A model generated the notes under the pieces. The model had not been told where the DNA came from, searched no databases, and saw only the letters and a list, made by a program, of their open reading frames with translations. DNA of 64,000 bases from an uncultured Acidobacteriota bacterium. Its GTDB lineage: Bacteria > Acidobacteriota > Thermoanaerobaculia > UBA5066 > DATFVB01. Both the position numbers and the translations under genes were made by a program. The stretch lies in contig CAWEYG010000006.1 of assembly GCA_963813155.1 (NCBI GenBank), forward strand, positions 64,001-128,000, read 5' to 3'. Position 1 is the stretch's first letter. Each line of letters begins with the position of its first letter. Below, one piece after another: positions 61,129 to 64,000 of the stretch.

Positions 61129-62462
61129 AGGGGCCGATCTTTTCCTGCGCCGAGTGCGGCGCTTCTTCCGCCAAGTGGCTCGGCCGCTGCCCGGACTGCG
61201 GCGCGTGGAACTCCTACGGCGAGCAGAGCCCGCCTCCGAAGCGTCGGGGCCCGGCGGCGCCGGGGCGGGCGGTCGCGATCGGCGAAGTCGTGGGCGACGA
61301 AGCGCCGCGGCTGACGACAGGCCTGTCCGACTTCGACCGCGTGCTCGGGGGAGGGATCGTGGCCGGCTCCGTCGTCCTCGTCGGCGGGGAACCGGGCGTC
61401 GGAAAATCGACGCTGCTCCTCCAGTCCGCAAAACGCCTCGCCGCCGCGGGCCGGCGCGTGCTGTTCGTGTCGGGGGAGGAATCGGCGCGCCAGGTGCGGC
61501 TCCGGGCCGGAAGGCTCGACGCCATCGCACCGGAGCTGTTCGTGCTGGCGGAGACCGACGCCGAAGTCGCCTGCCGGGAGGCCGAGGCCCTCGGTCCGGC
61601 CCTCGTCGTCGTCGATTCCGTGCAGTCCGTCGTCTCGGAGGGCGTCGCGTCGCCCGCCGGGTCGATCGCCCAGGTTCGCACGGCCGCCCTCCTGTTCCAG
61701 AGGTTCGCGAAGCAGAAGGACGTCCCCGTCGTCCTGATCGGCCACGTCACGAAGGACGGGTCGCTCGCGGGGCCGAAATCGCTCGAGCACCTCGTCGACA
61801 CGGTGCTGTCTTTCGAGGGGGACCGGTCGCGCGGCCGCCGCGTCCTGCGCGCGCTCAAGAACCGATTCGGGCCGATCGAGGAGGTCGCGCTCTACGAGAT
61901 GACCGAGAGCGGGCTCGCCGAGATCGCGGATCCTTCGAGCGCCCTCCTGGCCGAGCGCCGGGCGGGAGTCGCCGGCAGCGCCGTCTCCGCCTCCGTGGAA
62001 GGCACCCGGCCGCTGCTCGTCGAGATCCAGGCGCTCGTCGGCCCGCTCGTGGCCGGCTCCGCCCGGCGCAGCGCCGTCGGCCTCGACTCCGGGAGGCTCT
62101 CGATGATCCTCGCCGTCCTCGAGGCGCGGGCGGGGTTCTCCTTCGCCCAGCGGGAAGTCTTCGTCTCCTGCGCCGGGGGCCTCGACCTGCGGGAGCCGGC
62201 CGTCGACCTCGCGCTCGCGGCCGCGATCCTTTCGTCTCAGACGAAACAGCCGCTGCCCGCGGACGCGTTCTATTTCGGCGAGGTCGGCCTGCTTGGCGAG
62301 GTCCGGTCCGTCCCCGACGCCCCGGCGCGCCTGCGCGAGGGGATGGCGCACGGCTTCCGCAAGGTCTACCTCTCGAAATCCGACGCCTCGTCCGCCGGCG
62401 AGTTTCCCGGGCTGAAGGCGTTTCCGATCTCCGACGTCGGGGAGTTGGCGGGGAAGGCGTAG
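61125..62462 (+). CDS. radA: DNA repair protein RadA/Sms
   Basis: CAECG...WLGRCPDC, GEPGVGKSTL, KNRFG, EGTRP, GEVGL. Confidence 0.97.
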   Translation: MKGPIFSCAECGASSAKWLGRCPDCGAWNSYGEQSPPPKRRGPAAPGRAVAIGEVVGDEAPRLTTGLSDFDRVLGGGIVAGSVVLVGGEPGVGKSTLLLQSAKRLAAAGRRVLFVSGEESARQVRLRAGRLDAIAPELFVLAETDAEVACREAEALGPALVVVDSVQSVVSEGVASPAGSIAQVRTAALLFQRFAKQKDVPVVLIGHVTKDGSLAGPKSLEHLVDTVLSFEGDRSRGRRVLRALKNRFGPIEEVALYEMTESGLAEIADPSSALLAERRAGVAGSAVSASVEGTRPLLVEIQALVGPLVAGSARRSAVGLDSGRLSMILAVLEARAGFSFAQREVFVSCAGGLDLREPAVDLALAAAILSSQTKQPLPADAFYFGEVGLLGEVRSVPDAPARLREGMAHGFRKVYLSKSDASSAGEFPGLKAFPISDVGELAGKA

Positions 62463-62471
62463 GCATCCGCC

Positions 62472-62491
62472 GCCGGTCACCCGCGACCGGC
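62472..62491. terminator. Hairpin between convergent radA and vapC
   Basis: GCCGGTC-ACCCGC-GACCGGC; no U-tract. Confidence 0.3.
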
Positions 62492-62495
62492 TGGA

Positions 62496-62885
62496 CTACT
62501 CGAGCGCTCGCGCCACGGACGGGAACGCCCGCAGGATCGCTTTGTCCGAAGTGACGAGCGGAACGTCCAACTCTTGCGCGAGCGCGACGAACTCGCAGTC
62601 GTAAGCGGAGCAGGTGGAATTCTGAACCAGTCGGAGGACGTCGGCAGATGGGACGTCGAACTCCCGCCCTGACATCTGTTCCTCGGCATCGGCCGCGATC
62701 CGGAGCGCTTCCTCGAACTTCATGTCGCCGCGGCGAAGGCATCCCGCGAGGATGCTTCGAAACTCCGACCGCCAGAGAAGGGGAGCATTCCAGTCGGAGT
62801 CGGCCCGCAGCAGTTTCTCGGCCGCAGCTGCTCGAGGCCCCGGCAGCCAGAGGTACGCGAGGACGTTCGTGTCGACGACGATCAA
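62496..62885 (-). CDS. vapC: VapC-family PIN-domain toxin
   Basis: IVVDTNVL, SEF, SAYDCEFVALA, LVTSD. Confidence 0.9.
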   Translation of the reverse strand: MIVVDTNVLAYLWLPGPRAAAAEKLLRADSDWNAPLLWRSEFRSILAGCLRRGDMKFEEALRIAADAEEQMSGREFDVPSADVLRLVQNSTCSAYDCEFVALAQELDVPLVTSDKAILRAFPSVARALE

Positions 62886-63121
62886 GGCCGGCCGGTCTCG
62901 CGCCAGGCCTTGAGGTCGGAATCCTTGATGGGTCCGCGGACGCGGCTGCGGGCGTCGGCCGCCCGCCGCAGCCACGTCTCGGTGTCCACGCGGTGGGCGG
63001 AGACGGCCGTTTCGAGACAGGAGAGGATCTCCTTGTTGAGACTGCGTCCGCGCTCCCGGGCGCGGCTCTTCAGTCGGCGGTGCAGGGTTTCGGGCATTCC
63101 TTTGAGCGTCACGGTTGGCAT
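62882..63121 (-). CDS. FitA/Arc-like ribbon-helix-helix antitoxin
   Basis: MPTVTLKGMPETLHRRLKSRARERGRSLNKEI; 4-nt overlap with the PIN toxin. Confidence 0.88.
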   Translation of the reverse strand: MPTVTLKGMPETLHRRLKSRARERGRSLNKEILSCLETAVSAHRVDTETWLRRAADARSRVRGPIKDSDLKAWRETGRP

Positions 63122-63130
63122 CGATCCTCC

Positions 63131-63174
63131 GGTTCCAAAATGGAATCATAACGCAACCGTGTCCCCGTTTCCAA
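63131..63174 (-). promoter_or_regulatory. TA promoter with overlapping inverted-repeat operator
   Basis: Minus strand TTGGAA-18 nt-TATGAT, then TTCCA-TTT-TGGAA palindrome and SD GGAGG. Confidence 0.6.
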
Positions 63175-63274
63175 GGAGGCGCGATATGCAACGAGGCATC
63201 GAGACTCAAATAGATTCTCACGAGTTCGGTTTTGCGCCGTATAAGCAAGAGGACCGATCGTTAGGGGAGGTTCT

Positions 63275-64000
63275 GTGCAAAAGTTGGCCTTGGCGTTCTT
63301 TCTGATGATCACTTGCGGCCCTGCTTCCGCTCAGTTGCCGGTTGCAGTTGCGGTCGTGGGGGCTGGCACTGCGGGAAACTGGGTCACGGAGATCGCGATG
63401 GCGAACCCGACAGACCATCCCCTGACCGTTCAACTCAGCTCGGTGATTCCCTACATCAGTACTCTTGGGTTGGGATGTCCCTTGAGTGAGCCTGGTTCAT
63501 TCGCGACGATTCCGGCGAACGGAACGATCACGGTGGCGGATAGCGGAATCCCGGAGTGTGAGGGAGTCCCGCCGGGCGTGCTTCACACCGTGTACATCGT
63601 TTCGTTCGAGTACCCGGATGTCATTCCCGTTGTTCGTGCACGCGCGCGCAATACGATCAATCCACAATTGACGACTGAATTGCCGACCGTGCGGATGGGA
63701 ACGATTGCGGCACTTGGAGCCACGACGCTGTATTTTCCTTCCGCTAGTCGGACCGCGGATACGCACGTGAATCTTGTCATCGCGTCGATAGTCCCCGTGG
63801 GTGGCGGCACCACCTTCTCGGCGCGCGTTGAGGCGTATTCGTCCGACGGAACGCTCTTGGGAGGAATGAACGTCTCGAATCGCGCTGGACCCGAAGGCTA
63901 CGCCCCGAACATTTTTCTCGTCGATGTTCTCGCCCAGATAGGTGTCATGACTCTCGCGGATGGTCAGATTAAGGTGACGAAGCTCTCGGGGGACGGAGCC
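63275..64000 (+). CDS. Secreted beta-rich hypothetical protein, 3' truncated by the window end (not in the ORF track)
   Basis: GGGAGG SD, GTG start, signal peptide MQKLALAFFLMITCGPASA, open for 242 codons; lower GC than the rest of the window. Confidence 0.75.
   Translation, partial: MQKLALAFFLMITCGPASAQLPVAVAVVGAGTAGNWVTEIAMANPTDHPLTVQLSSVIPYISTLGLGCPLSEPGSFATIPANGTITVADSGIPECEGVPPGVLHTVYIVSFEYPDVIPVVRARARNTINPQLTTELPTVRMGTIAALGATTLYFPSASRTADTHVNLVIASIVPVGGGTTFSARVEAYSSDGTLLGGMNVSNRAGPEGYAPNIFLVDVLAQIGVMTLADGQIKVTKLSGDGA

Overview
High-GC bacterial chromosome segment of about 62 mostly housekeeping genes. It probably comes from an Acidobacteriota (Thermoanaerobaculia-like) genome; this is inferred from gene content and style, not from a search. 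Gene order: rplY-pth-rpsF-rpsR-DUF2232-rplI; a PAS-rich two-component cluster; cell-wall genes (PBP1A, phosphohexomutase, Zn-finger deacetylase); pgsA, trmB and a ferredoxin; Ser/Thr kinase plus TPR protein; thiolase-hbd-DinB-crt-radical SAM; acyltransferase, halogenase-like flavoprotein and LeuA-like synthase; xerD; a fused E1 and an archaeal-type GAPDH homolog; a candidate ceramide operon (cerR-like, spt, bCerS) next to an Aur1/IPC-synthase-like PAP2 gene and nfeD-slipin; lipA-lnt-prfB (programmed +1 frameshift); dnaB-alr-mlaEFD-radA; a VapBC-type pair; and a lower-GC secreted-protein ORF running off the end. About 20 frameshifts interrupt genes, including essential ones, and look like long-read indel errors. 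Non-coding signals are four BoxC/REPIN-like palindromes, an S6:S18-type leader, a 3x ~24 bp tandem repeat and many apparently leaderless promoters. No tRNA, rRNA, CRISPR or transposase was seen. The best candidate for an undescribed system is the sphingolipid, head-group transferase and SPFH/NfeD locus at about 42.8-49.8 kb.
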